Assembly (NCBI RefSeq): GCF_006345805.1
Contig: NC_043002.1
Location: 49,414,001-49,478,000, forward strand
Reading direction: 5' to 3'
From: Octopus sinensis
Lineage: Eukaryota
Length of the DNA: 64,000 bases
Shown one piece after another: positions 37,300-50,455 of the stretch; positions within the stretch are counted from its first letter, which is position 1; every line of letters starts with the position of its first letter. The notes beneath the pieces are model-generated. The model made no database searches. It saw nothing but the letters and a program-made list of their open reading frames with translations, and was not told where the DNA came from. Made by a program: the position numbers and the translations under genes.

Positions 37300-38592
37300 C
37301 AGGCTGCGATGGGTAAACTGTCCCTATTTTATATTTTTAATTTAACGCATGCGCATTGTTTGTTTTTAATTTTGCCCCTAACACGGTATAGTATGGTCAG
37401 ATGGGCACTGTGTAAGGAAAACAGCACCATTTTGTAATTCACTCTGCCAGAATTTTGGAAACGACATGATGTATTGCTTGGCATTCGCGCTGGAAGCTCC
37501 AATACGAGCATTTCAGAATGTTCGGGTTTCAATCTGAGGACAGTGCGGAGGATTCGGAAAGAGTTGGATGAGTTTGATGGTGATTACGAAGATACAGCTG
37601 GTCGGAAAACGAACTTTGATCGTTCTAAGAAAAGAACTCCTGAATTAGTTGGTGCGATCCAGGTCATGATTGAGAACGATTCCTCTCAGCCAATCAGGTC
37701 CATCGCCAGGAACATAGGAGTGTTTGAATTTCGTATCAGGTAGTTAATACATGAAGACATTCAGTATTCCTCATACAAGATGAGAAAGGGCCAATTTTTA
37801 TCCCAAGCCATCAAGGACAAGAGGAAAGACCGCGCTGCGAAGCTTGTGAACGAAATGAAGCAACTTCTTTAACCGAAGATGCTTCGGTTTTTCTCAGTCG
37901 AGAAAAATGTCTACCTGGATCAGATGGTGAACACAGAAAAACCGTTGGCTGGCCGTGTCACCAACACATGTACCGAGTGTGATAAAAATCAAACATCCAG
38001 TCAACATCATGGTGTTTGGGGTGATCACTAGTGGTGGCGACGTTATGCCTCCATTCAACTTTCCACATGGCATCAGAATCAACACCGAGGCCAACATCAA
38101 GTGCCTGGAGGAGGTAGTGCTGCCCTGGATCAAGAGTGTGGCTACTAGAAGACCCAATGTCTAGCAACAGGGCTCTGCACCATGCCACACAAGCAGGGGA
38201 ACCCAGTCATAGCTGTCAGGCAATTTCTGTGACCACATCACCCCTAACATCTGGCTACCTAACTCTCCAGAGTGCAACTCCCCTTGATATTGTGTGTGGG
38301 GCGCAGTTCAGCGAGAGACCAACAGAACTTGTAACACTAAAGATCAACTGAAGGCAAGGATTATGGCAGAATTCATTAACTTAAACAAGGAGACTGTCCA
38401 GAAGAGTTGCAGGAGATCCCGAAGTCGTCTGGAGACCGTGGTTGAAGTCAATAGCAATTTCATTGAATAAATTTACTCTTTAGTATTTCAAGATATTTTA
38501 ATGTAATTTTGGTAAATAAATCTGTTAAAATGAAATGTCAGTGCTATTTTCATTTTTGCGTGATTTAGATGACAATTTATTCACCGCATATG
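37300..38592 (+). mobile_element. Tc1/mariner superfamily, DD37D (maT-type) element with transposase pseudogene about 37440-38470
   Basis: Degenerate TIRs (tgcgatgggtaaactgtc versus reverse complement tgcggtgaataaattgtc); KHPVNIMVFGVITSGGDVMPP, QQ(D>G)SAPCHT..W.PNSP.CN; 37 residues between the reconstructed 2nd and 3rd Asp; multiple stops. Confidence 0.85.
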
Positions 38593-38648
38593 TTTGTGTG
38601 TGTGTGTGCTTGTATATATATATATATATATATATACATACATACATA

Positions 38649-40120
38649 CTTTGATACTTTGATAGGTTTCGGCCATTATTGGCCCAGGTCATGTCTAACT
38701 TAATAGCACCACCTGGTGAAGTCTTTCAAGTCAGAATTTGGGCACTATGGCCCACTCAAGTAGAGAGTTATTGTTTACAGAGACATATCCGGGTGTAGGA
38801 GGTTTATCTGGGATTTCTTGAAGGAATCTGTCCAAAGACTTCTTAAACCCTATAGGGTCTGTTTCTGTTTTAATGTGTTTTGGTGTAATGTTAAAGAGAG
38901 CGGGGCCAATTGAGGTGAAATAATTGTGCCGTATTGTTATTATGAGATGAGAGTGCGATTTTTGTTGTGGGCGGATGGCACGGGGCCCAAGCCTTGGATG
39001 TACCTTAAAGGTGATGCCAACATCATTTGGGCAATGCCGATGGAATATTTTCCACATCATGCAGATGATGTAGCGCTCACGGCGACGTTGGAGAGAATAA
39101 AGTTTTAGCTTTTCTAGAGTACCCCAATAGTCGAGGCCTGTCATGCCATCTATCTTTTTTGTGATTGACCTTTGAGGTGCTTCAACTTTTATGATACTTT
39201 GTTTTGTGTGGGGAGACCACAGTGGACAACAGTATTCAAGGTGGGGTCGGGCAAAAGTGGAGAAGAGAAGGATAATGGTGTGGATATCTCTCGACTGGAA
39301 AGTTCTGAGAATCCAGGAACACATTCTGCGGGCCATGTCAACTTTGGTGTTTATATGAGTGGTCCAGCTTATGTTGTTGTCCACAATTACTCCCAAGTCT
39401 CTGATGTTGTTGGATGTCACGAGAGTTTCACCTGAAGGAAGGGAGTATGGGAGTTTCAGGGCATCCTCTTTTCCAAAGTGGATTAACTCGAATTTATTGT
39501 TCTTTTCTGCCCATTGGATAACAGCCAGTAGATCTGACTGAAGGCATGTTCGGTCACTCGCCTCATTTATGACCTTCTGGAGCTTGGAATCATCTGCAAA
39601 GATTTTTATGTTGCTGTGCTTGATGATGTCATTAATGTCATTAATGTAGATGATGAAAAGAAGTGGGCCCAGCACAGTGCCTTGCGGAACGCCACTACTG
39701 ACTTTGGCTGGGCTTGATTTTACTCCTTTAACTACAACATGTTGAGATCTGTCTGTCAGGAAACACTTGATCCATTTCAACAACTTTCCAGAGACACCAA
39801 TGTTGGATAGTTTTTTCAATAGGATCTTGTGATCAACCCTGTCGAAGGCCTCGCTGAAATCAAGGTAGATGACATCGGTGTTGGAGCCCTCTCCCAAAGC
39901 TCTCAAAATGTCATCAAAGTGATGCAGGAGCTACGTTAGGCAGTCCCTTCCATTACGGAACCCATGTTGGTTAGAGATCAGCCGTCTGTTGCTTTCCAGA
40001 AATTGGGTTATTCGAGATCTCACCACCCTCTCAAATACCTTGATGATATGAGAGGTGAGTGAGATTGGACGTAGTTCACTGCAAGGGACTTGTTTCCCTT
40101 TTTGAAAACTGGGACAACAG
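38649..40120 (-). mobile_element. CR1-type LINE, 5'-truncated; RT plus C-terminal domain (ORF 38731-39906), (TATCAAAG)2 tail
   Basis: VVPVFKKG..YRPISLTS, QHGFR.GR.C, DVIYLDFSEAFDRVDH, SGVPQGTVLGPLLFIIYINDI, IFADDSKL, RDLGVIVD, RPHLEYC; one frameshift about 40070 and one stop at 39931-39933. Confidence 0.92.
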
Positions 40121-40352
40121 ACATGTATATGTTTGAATTTATGTATGTAGGTATGTATATTTGAAGATATGTATGTATGCGTTTGTATTTGTGTATGCAC
40201 TCATGAATTTATATAGACATACCTGTAAGTGCATGTATATGTACACATACGTGTACAAATATATATTTATATATGAATACATGTACTGATATATATATGT
40301 GTGTGTGTCTGTGTGTGTGTGCCTGAGTGCCTGTATGAATGTGTAAATAGAC

Positions 40353-40397
<45 letters not shown>

Positions 40398-40429
40398 CAA
40401 ACACACACACATATATTTATATACAAATC

Positions 40430-40570
40430 TCTGTCTGTTTATCCCTCTATCTATTTATCTTTCTATGTATCAAACTATCTATCTAAATACATGTGTGTGT
40501 ATGTGTGCGTGTATATATATTGATAGATAGATAGATCTATGTATATATATATATATGTATATATGTATGA

Positions 40571-40638
<68 letters not shown>

Positions 40639-40860
40639 TGTGTGTATGTATGTACGTATGTATGTAGATATACACAAGAGCGTGTGCGTACATGTATATA
40701 CATTTATGCATATATATATATATACACACATACATACATACATACTTACATACATACATGCATACATACATATATATACACATACACATGTACATATATG
40801 TGCGTGTATGTTTGTGCCATTGAGAGAGTGTGAATATGAATGCGCGCGCGTGTGTATGTA
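40430..40860. repeat. Compound (TA)n/(TG)n/(ATAC)n block
   Basis: Directly visible. Confidence 0.95.
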
Positions 40861-41062
40861 ACTCCCGCGGCGCAAGAGCAGGTGGCATTAAATGATTTGT
40901 GAAACGTATGACATGGCTGTCTTGTTTTACGTTCATCAATCTTTCAGTATACCCCAGTAGAGTCGTTTTAAATGGTATATTTCACAAATTTCAGATTCCT
41001 TTGTAAAGAAGCCGAAAGGAAGTTGGTTAAGAAAATACCATATAACCATATAAATAAACAGA

Positions 41063-41105
<43 letters not shown>

Positions 41106-41338
41106 ATACATAAATAAATAGACCAGTTCTGTTTTTTTTTTTTTTTTTTTTGAAAAGCTCTTTTGTTAAAATGATGTCCTTGAGAAAAGTTATGAATGTC
41201 ACCGTGCCTCGTAGGCGTGTAGATTGAAATTAAAGAGCATCTGCGTTGAGTGATGCTTGAAGGGTGTGAAAGATAAGATGTACAATAGTTGCAATTGTAG
41301 TATCATTTTGGTCTCTCTGTATACCCCCCTCTTCCCCC

Positions 41339-41370
<32 letters not shown>

Positions 41371-41879
41371 AACATAACACGCACGGAGATCACTTTGGCT
41401 TAGTCCAATTCGGTTTCTACTAGATGTTTTTCTTAGTTGTTGCTGCTGTTGTTGTTGTTGTTGTTGTTAAGCAACAATACGGGTAAGGGTGATTAGGTGA
41501 TGGTCTAGGGCTTAGGGGGAAGGAGACCCCAGACCTTGGAAAAAAAAAACTTTGGTCGTCTTGTTGTAGTCGAGGGCTCTTCGTTGACGCCCGACACCAC
41601 TGGGAGGAGGCCTCGAAGTCGCTGGAAATGGAAATCTCCAGGTCCAAATTCTTGAACGGCTATTGCTGCTGTTATTGTTTGTGCAGCTGCTGCTTCTTCT
41701 TCATCTTCTTCCTCTTCTTCTCCTTCTCCTTCTTCTTCCAATCAGGACTCACACCATTAGCCACAAAGAATAATCTCTAATTCGAGCCTACTCTAAGCTA
41801 CTGGAAACTTGAAGATCCACCCACCACACGCGATAGACTGGCGGTTGCACGGGCGCGAAGGCTACGTGGTTGTCCTCAT

Positions 41880-42206
41880 TCCGTAAACGGTGGCTTTTAA
41901 CGGGTGGAGAGCTGAACCATCCTGGGGTACAGAGGATTCGCAATCTAGACTAGGGTCTGAAAGTTTACCACACCATAGGGGGGTTACACCATGGTTCCTC
42001 TGCTTTGTGGCAGAGGTAGGAAGAAAGAGTGAGAGAAAGTTGTGGTGAAAGAGTACAGCCGGGTTCACAACCCCTTCCCGCCGGAGGCTCGTGGAGCTTA
42101 GGTGTTTTTGCTCAATAAACACTCACAATGCCCGGTCTGGGGATCGAAACCGCGTTCTTACGACCGCGAGTCCGTTGCCCTAATCACTGGGTCATTGCGC
42201 CTCCAC
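41880..42206 (-). mobile_element. SINE family D
   Basis: Reverse complement of the head 'ggaggcgcaatgacccagtgattagggcaacggactcgcggtcgtaag'. Confidence 0.8.
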
Positions 42207-42598
42207 GCTACTGCTGCTGCTGCAATTGTTGTAATTGTTGTAGTTGTTGTTTAGTCTCCGCTCAACCTGTCTAAGCCGGCTTTTAATGGAAGGTACTCCA
42301 GCCGTAGCTGTAATACCATCTTATCGTATATTTTGGATATTTCGACCAAGGTATTCGTCTTTTATATTTCTTAAGATGTTCCCGTGTGATTTCAGGGAAT
42401 TTGGCTATTATTTCGTTGGATCGTTGCTATTGTTGTTGTTGTTGTTGTTTTTGTTCTGGATGAAGATGATGGTGTTATTGTTGTCATTGTTGATAATGAT
42501 TATGTCGTTTAGACCCAAGTTGACTTCAATCCTATACTGAATAGTTCCTTAGAATTTTGGTATTTGCAGTTGTTGTTGTTATAATTGTTATTATTATT

Positions 42599-44935
42599 CA
42601 GTAGTTTTATTTTCATCACGTGCTGTTACTGCACTACCAAGCGCAGCTCTGTGTGCTTTCGACATGTGCTGTGGTTTATCGTGCTCTTATTTTCATTGTA
42701 TTGAAAGTGTTTTCCGTAGGACGTATGCAGTGCCTAGTAATGCTATTTTCTGTGCTATATGTACTTGTAAGTCCTGGTGTTTTTGTTATGTATTTGTCTG
42801 AATGTTTTTTTTTTTTTTTATCATACCTAACGCGCCTACTATGATGGGAATTGTTTCCATCTATAGTCTGTGACCTTTCTGTGACCTTTTCTGGCGTGTG
42901 CTTATACCATCTTTTTTATGTTGTTATTCCATAGTGTTGGTATAGCTTCCAGTGTATATAGGTCCCAACTCTGTCGTGTCTGTGAATATATTCCTTCTTA
43001 GCCAGCACTGGGCAGCCAGAGACAATATGATTTATTGTTTCTTGTCCCTATCCACATATTCTGCAGTTACTTGTAATGCTTCTTTTCATTATATGTTTTT
43101 GGTAATTTCTGGTGGGGAGGCTTTGGTCTTATGCTGCAATTAAATATCCTTCAGTCTCTGCTTTGAGTCCTGAGCTTCTCAACCATTGTTGGGATTTTGC
43201 TTTGTCTATTTCTTTTGCGTTTAGTTTAGCTCTGTATTTGCCATAAAGGGGCTTTTCTTGCCATCGTTTTATCATGGTCCGTTTCTGTTCTAGTTTTAGT
43301 TTGGATTTCAATTGTTTTACAGCTTTTGTTGTTTTTTCTTCTTCTTCATAGTTGCTAGGTATTATGAGTTTTTTTTTGTATTTCTCAGTTTTCTTAAAGA
43401 CTGAAGATAGTTTTTTTTGTTTAGTTCGTGTTTTGTGGCTATTTGTGTGAGTTTTCCTTGCTTCTGAAGTAAGTATTCCTGTAGTCCTATGGTGGTTATT
43501 TTGTAATAGATTTCTTGCTGTATAAGGCCTTTGCCACCTTCAATACGTTGTATATATATAGCCTTTCTATGTCAGATTTTGGGAGGTGCATCCTAAATCC
43601 TGTCATTATTTGTCTTGTTTAAGGCGGCGAGCTGGCAGAAAAGTTAGCACACCGGGTGAAATGCTTAGCGGTATTTTGTCTGCCTTTTCGTTCTGAGTTC
43701 GGGGTCAATAAATTATGAACCAGTTGCGTACTGGGGTCGATCTAATCGACTGTCCCCCTCCCCAAAAATTTCGTGCCTTGTGCCTAGAGTAGCAAAGATT
43801 ATTTTTCTTGGTTTTCTATTTTGACAAGTTCATTTGAAGTCCAGTTAAGAAAGTTGTGGCTGTAACTTATAATTGGGACGGTTAGACGGTTGATACCGAT
43901 TATCTTGTTTTTAGCATTGAGCTCTGTTTTCAGTATTAATCTACCTCGTCTATAATATTCCTTTTTTATCTTCTCTTTCATTTGTATCGTATAGTATCGT
44001 GTAGTACATTCATTCCTAAGTATGTGTATGTCTGGCCTTGGTCTAATCCTCTTATTTCATTTGCTTTATCTAGTGTGATGTTGCTACTCTTAACTAGTTT
44101 TCCTCTTTTCAAAGTTACTTTGGCACATTTTTCTAAGCCAAATTTCATGTTTATTTCTTTGGTAAATCTATGTACTTTTTGCAGTAATGTTTTCAGCAGT
44201 AGCGTACAGTTTTAAATCATCCATATACAAGAGATTGCTGATTGTGTTGCCGCAACAGTTGTATCCACATCTAATCCTGTTTAGCATGTCAGATAGAAAA
44301 GGAGTGGAGAGAGCGTGTTACCCTGTAATATTACTTTGGATTTTACAAGCCCCTCTTTTGTCTGGAGCTGTAGCACTGTCTGCCATTTGTTCATAAAATG
44401 TATAATATATTTTATGATTATTGGTGCTACCTTGTTCATGGCTAGTGTTTCTAAGATCCATGTGTGGGGAATACTATCAAAAGCCTTTCGGCAATCGATC
44501 AAGGCCATACTTAGACCCTTCTTCTTCCTGCAGTTACGGCTTTATTGATCAGCAGCTGATCTTTACAGCCGTATGAGCCCTTGCAGTATCTTTTCTGTGC
44601 TTCTGGAAATAGGTTGTCTTTTACCAGATGTTTGCTCATTCTCTGCGATATTATAGCAGTAAAGGCAATTGTAAATTGTGGGGAGACAAGTTATCGGACT
44701 GTAATTCTGTGGATTTGGGAATTAGGATAGTTTTCCCTTCTGTGAGCCATTCAGGCATTGCCTCTGGCTCTGCAAGCATTTCATTAAATTTCTCAGCCTG
44801 ATTTTTATGCATTCCTCTTAGATATTTTAATCAGAAGTTGGGGATCTTTTCCTACCCGGGTGCCATCCATTTGCTTAGTTTTTGCAGTGCTTGGGTGACC
44901 TCTTCAGTTGTTATAGGGCTCCAGAGTTGTATAAT
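42599..44935 (-). mobile_element. R4/Dong-type RLE LINE (family A, copy 2), longer 5' extent, internal deletion and SINE insertion
   Basis: Collinear with 20055-22123; adds WSPITTEEVTQALQKLSKW.APG..WLTEGKTILIP..NYSP.TCLPT..YGCKDQLLINKA; (TAA)n tail at 42588-42598. Confidence 0.92.
43621..43797 (+). mobile_element. SINE family C inserted in the R4/Dong copy, with ~16-bp TSD
   Basis: attatttgtcttgttt (43605-43620) and attatttttcttggtt (43798-43813). Confidence 0.85.
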
Positions 44936-44960
44936 AAACTTGTGTGTGTGTGTGTGTGTG

Positions 44961-45290
44961 AAGGTACATGGCTCAGTGGTTAGAGCGTCGAGCTTACGAT
45001 CGTGAGGTTGTGAGTTCGGTTCCCGGACCGGGCTGCGTGTTGTGTTCTTGAGCAAGACACTTTATTTCATGTTGCTCAAGTCAACTCAGCTGTAGAAATG
45101 AGTTGCGACATCACTGGTGGCAACTGTATCGGCTTTTGCCTTTCCCTTGGATAACATCAGTGGTGTGAAGAGGGGAGGCTGGTATGCATGGGCGACTGCT
45201 GGCCTTTCATAAACAACCTTGCCCGGACTTGTGCCTTGGAGGGTAACTTTCTAGGTGCAATCCTATGGTCATTCATGACCGAGGAGGTCT
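44961..45290 (+). mobile_element. SINE family B, full length, tRNA(Arg,ACG)-like head
   Basis: 'ggtacatggctcagtggttagagcgtcgagcttacgatcgtgaggttgtgagttcggttccc'. Confidence 0.9.
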
Positions 45291-45611
45291 CAATATGTGT
45301 ATGTGTGTGTGTTTGGTTTAAAATGTGTATAAGTGGATCTATTCTGTTTGGTTGTTACTTTTCAAATTCTGCAAGCTTTGTTCCAATTGATTTCGTTTGG
45401 TGTATTGATCTTGTTTTCTAAAGCAACTATTGACATGAAATTCCTTTTCGCCATGAATCAATAAATAAAAAATTAATAGCTTTTAAAGTTTGCAAATGTT
45501 GGCTGATATTAGGCAGCCAAAAGCCACAGACATATAGGTGCCTACGCAAAAAATTATAGGTTCCAAATCTTGATTACTGTAGGAATAAGAATGATCAAAC
45601 TTTAAGCCTTA

Positions 45612-45808
45612 CTTACTTGTTTCAGTCATTTGACTGTGGCCATGCTGGAGCACCGCCTTTAGTCGAGCAAATCGACACCAGGACTTATTCTTTGTAAGCC
45701 TAGTACTTATTCTATCGGTCTCTTTTGCCGAACCGCTAAGTTACGGGGACGTAAACACACCAGCATCGGTTGTCAAGCGATTTTGAGGAGACAAACACAG
45801 ACACACAA

Positions 45809-45830
<22 letters not shown>
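45612..45830 (-). mobile_element. SINE family A 3' half
   Basis: 'ttgtttcagtcatttgactgtggccatgctggagcaccgcc..'. Confidence 0.85.
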
Positions 45831-45839
<9 letters not shown>

Positions 45840-45868
45840 TATCTATATATGTATATACATATACATAT

Positions 45869-45949
<81 letters not shown>

Positions 45950-46208
45950 CATATATGTATACATATATACATAAATATATATATATAATATACATATGTA
46001 CACATATTTACATATAGATATTATACTTATATATTTATTTCATATGTATACACACACACACATAAGTGTATATATATGTATGTATGTATATACATATACA
46101 TATACATGTATATATATGTGTGTATGTACATACATGGATATATAAATATATGTATATATACATATATGCATACATACATGCATACATATATACATATATA
46201 TATATATG

Positions 46209-46268
<60 letters not shown>

Positions 46269-46332
46269 GTGTGTGTGTGTGTGTGTGTGGTGTGTATATA
46301 TGTATATGTATGTGTATATATACATATGTGTG

Positions 46333-46405
<73 letters not shown>
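45800..46405. repeat. Compound (CA)n/(TA)n/(TG)n/(GA)n block
   Basis: Directly visible. Confidence 0.95.
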
Positions 46406-46408
<3 letters not shown>

Positions 46409-46960
46409 CCTTTTACCACTCGTTATTTTGTGTCTGGCAATTGCCTACAAAGAAAATACTATTTAATAGCAATTCAATAACTTTGCACTACACGATAACG
46501 AATCTAGATTATTCGAGTCTTTTGAAAAAACTAAATTTAAATACCTTAAATTGATGCAGAGTGGACATCTGGATTCAGCATCGGTTAACTGGCTCCAAGT
46601 TCATTGCTATTAGTCGGAGAACAGAGAATATAACTTTAGCAGCTCCGACCTGGAGGAGATCTTCTAAGCCTGTACGTCATAATAATCTAATAAATATTTT
46701 GCCTGATTATTCCGACGTCCTTAAAAGACTAAAAGTGTTTATTTTTAACACGCTACGCATATTAATTTTATCGCATTGTTTTATATAATTATATTTCAAC
46801 CCATCTCCGACCCAGTATTTATTCATATTGTACACGCATATGTGTGTGCATGTGTGTGTGTATGTGTGTATAGATACATATACATAAGAATGTGTATTAT
46901 GTATCTGTGTTTATACGTTTTATTATGCATATGTGTATATACATATACATACATATATAC

Positions 46961-47032
<72 letters not shown>

Positions 47033-48031
47033 ATTTCTATGTATATGTGTCCGTGGCTACGAAATTTATAAATGCATATGTGTGCGTGTGTCTGTGTGTG
47101 TTGGAGGTGCATAGTTTAGTGGTTAGGAATTTAAACTCGTGATCGTAAGATTGTGGTTTCGATTCCTGGAGCGAGCGATATATCATACGTTAAATAACCC
47201 TGCGACGGATAAACGTTCCGTCCAGGAGGTGCGGTGGGGAATTTATACATCACAGAATCCGTGAAACTGGTTCTTATGAACAAATGGCTCGAAGGATCTT
47301 TGATACGCTTTGCTGTAATGAATACATACATACATACATACATACATACATACGTTTGTATGTATATTTATATATTCTTTTATTCTTTTACACGTTTCCG
47401 TCATTTGACTGCGACCATGCTGGACACCGCCTTAAAGGCTTTTGGTCAAAGAAATCGAACTCTGGACTTATTCTTTGTAAGTCTAGTACTTATTCTATTA
47501 GTCGTTTTTGCCGAATCATTTTTGCCGAACCCGGAACGCCACAACTGGAATACAACTTCCACAGAAATTGGTATACAAGTTGTTCAATCTTCGGAGGCGA
47601 GATACTCCCCCAAAACAGCAATTCTCACAATTATTTTTAAAATTCACAAAAAGTGAACAAATTTTTAGGAGGTGCGATACAACCCCAAGCAACAATTCTC
47701 AGAATTAAGTGAGAAAAAATATTCACTTAACGTCAACCATTTTTGCTCAACTGCAGGCAGAGCAGAGTTTAGAATACTGTGAGGACTTCTTGCTTGTACA
47801 AAAATAATTACCGCAAACAACAAACTCCCCACTGGACCCAAAAAACAAAAGTCTAACCTTATAGCTTGAGCTTCTTTTTACACCAGCTGTACACAGCTTG
47901 GCTACTTCTTTCGGTGTTACGCACAACGCTGACAACCACGCATGTGCACACAGACAACAATACATGCGCAGTGGGAAGTAGGCTTCTGGGAAACAAGCTT
48001 CTTACTACACAGCTACACCTGCGCTTATACA

Positions 48032-48255
48032 CGAGGGTGGGGGTGCTGAAAATTCCTCGCTTTCGGTAAAAGAAAATGTAAGAAAGATAGTCAGTTTAAT
48101 TATGATTTTATTTAACATATCCCACTCTCAGATTCACACACTTACTGCGGTGGTCCTTCAATTTTTCTAAACCCTGTAAAAGAACTCAGAAGGTGGGCTG
48201 CCAACCAGGCCTTTCGTGATACCCTTAAAACCAGGAACTTTTCAGTACCCTTTCG
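48032..48255. mobile_element. Mariner-derived MITE (~224 bp)
   Basis: TIRs cgaggg..gtgctgaaaattcctcgcttt and aaaaccaggaacttttcagtaccctttcg|TA. Confidence 0.75.
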
Positions 48256-48273
48256 TATATATATATATGTATA

Positions 48274-48335
<62 letters not shown>

Positions 48336-48499
48336 TTTTACTCTTTTCCTCGTTTATTTGTTTCAGTAATTTGACTGTGGCCAAGCTGGTGCAACGCCTT
48401 TTAGTCGAACAAATCGACCCCCAAGACTTATATTTTGTAAGCCTAGTACTTATTCTATCGAGGCTCTTTTGCCCCGATAGAATAAGTTCTATATATATA

Positions 48500-49423
48500 G
48501 GGAGAATTCACAAAAAAAAAACAGACGAAGAGAAGTGGTGTAGACAACAAACAGATGTATTAGTGTAACGTTCGCGATGTGAAAAAGTCTTTAACGTTTC
48601 GAGCCTACGCTCTTCAACAGAAAGGAACACAGAAACAAACAAGGAGAGAAAATAATGTGTAGTGACTAGCGATCTATCATGGCGAATGCCGGGCAGAAAG
48701 GTCACACGGGAGAGCTAGGGAGAAAGGAAGAAAATAAGCAATGGTGATCCCAAAACGAAGGTGCGCCTGCGTGTGTATAAGAGAGTTTGTATGTGCGTGT
48801 GGAAGAGGGCTAGTGATCTTGACGTATGTGTGTGTGTATGTGTAAGTGTGAAAATGTGGGTCTGGGAAGTGGTCAGTGCTGATGTGTGCGTGGTGGTGTG
48901 TTGCGATGTGATGTGTTGTGTGATTTGGTGGTGTTAGATGTAGTGGTGTGTGGTGTGGTGTGATGATGTTGGGAGGTGGGGGAGGCGAGAGTGGGGAAAG
49001 CAAGAGTGGGGGGTCGGTTAGGCTGAGGCAGGGGGTAGAGGTGGGGTATGTGGGTAGAAGGAGGGTGGGGTAGAGGTGGAGTATGTGAGAGTGGGTGTAA
49101 GGGATGGGGAAGGATAGAGAAGGTAGGGGTAGAATGTGTTGAGGTAGGGTTGGCTTACGAGGGATGGGTGACGATGAAGGGGAAGGAGAAGGTAGGTAGG
49201 AGTGAAGAGAAGAGAGAAGGAGAGTAGGGGTGAAGAGAAGTTGGAGTCGGAGCAAGAGAGGAGAGGCGGGTAGGAGGAAGTAGGTGTGAGAGGGAGAGAG
49301 GCAGGGGGAGGAGATTAAATGAAGATGGGAGGAGAGTTGAGCCTATGTGGCGCAAAGGAGCGAAGAGAGAAGATTAATCCCTGTTCACGGCGCAAACGGG
49401 AGTCCGGATGGCCCCTGTGCAAG
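48500..49423 (-). mobile_element. PLE terminal repeat: GIY-YIG C-terminal tail, long C/A-rich UTR, hammerhead-like motif; both ends in (TA)n
   Basis: Open frame LHRGHPDSRLRREQGLIFSLRSFAPHRLNSPPIFI* (R..RE..LI..L....P..LN is the PLE endonuclease tail motif). Confidence 0.8.
48589..48624 (-). ncRNA. Minimal type I hammerhead-like motif, U6 variant (best copy)
   Basis: cttt-CTGTTGA-a-gagc(gtag)gctc-GAAA-CG-TT-aaag; all helices perfect, A6 replaced by U. Confidence 0.6.
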
Positions 49424-49856
49424 ATATATATATAGCAAAAAAATGTTTCGAGCACTTTATCATGGGTAAAGCAAGGTTAAATACCTTTATCAAAATATGT
49501 TATCTGTTTCAATCGCTTAAAAAGACAATTTATTCATGTTGTAAATAAAAGAAAAAAATAAATTAGCATAAATTAAATTAATCTGTCATGATATCTGTAC
49601 CGGATTTCATATGTTTTACGTACAAAATTCACATAATGCTCGTGTTTCATTTCCTTCAGATTGTTACTTGGTTGAGGTGGTGGCAGGAGGAGGAGGAGAA
49701 GGAGGTACCACGTGATTTTTGCAAGTAACATATTCGAAGTTCTTGAACTGATATTGTGGAAATTTAACTTAATTTTATTTATCTTTCTTTTATCTTTTCT
49801 TTCAGCTTGATTGTATCGAGTTTTAAGCCATTGAAACCAGTAGAATGTTCTTTTAT

Positions 49857-50086
49857 TCTTTTACTTGTTTCAGTCATTTGACTGCAGCCATGCTGGAGCA
49901 CCACCTTTAGTCGAACAAATCGACATCAGGGCTTATTCTTTGTAATCCTAGTTCTTATATGGTAGGTCCCTCTTACCGAACTGCTAAGATACGGGGGCGT
50001 AAACACGCTAGACTCGGTGTCAAGCGATGATGTGGAGACAATCACAGACACACCACACACGCACATACACACACACACACACCCAG

Positions 50087-50176
<90 letters not shown>

Positions 50177-50193
50177 GGATAGATGGATAGATG

Positions 50194-50289
<96 letters not shown>

Positions 50290-50455
50290 TACGACGGGCT
50301 TCTTTAAGTTTCCGTCTACCAAATCCGCTCTCAAAGCTTTGGTCTGCCCGAGGCTATAGTAGGAGACACTTACCCAAGGTGCCACGCAACGGAACTGAAC
50401 CCGGAATCATGTGGTTGGGAAGCAAGCTTCTTACCACACATCCACGCCTACGCCT
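49857..50455 (-). mobile_element. SINE family A with expanded internal (GATA)n (50085-50290)
   Basis: Both halves match family A. Confidence 0.85.

Noticed and set aside
41500-41880. GC-rich segment with short ORFs (75-78 aa)
   Set aside because: No recognisable motif; possibly a LINE 5'/ORF1 remnant, but unsupported
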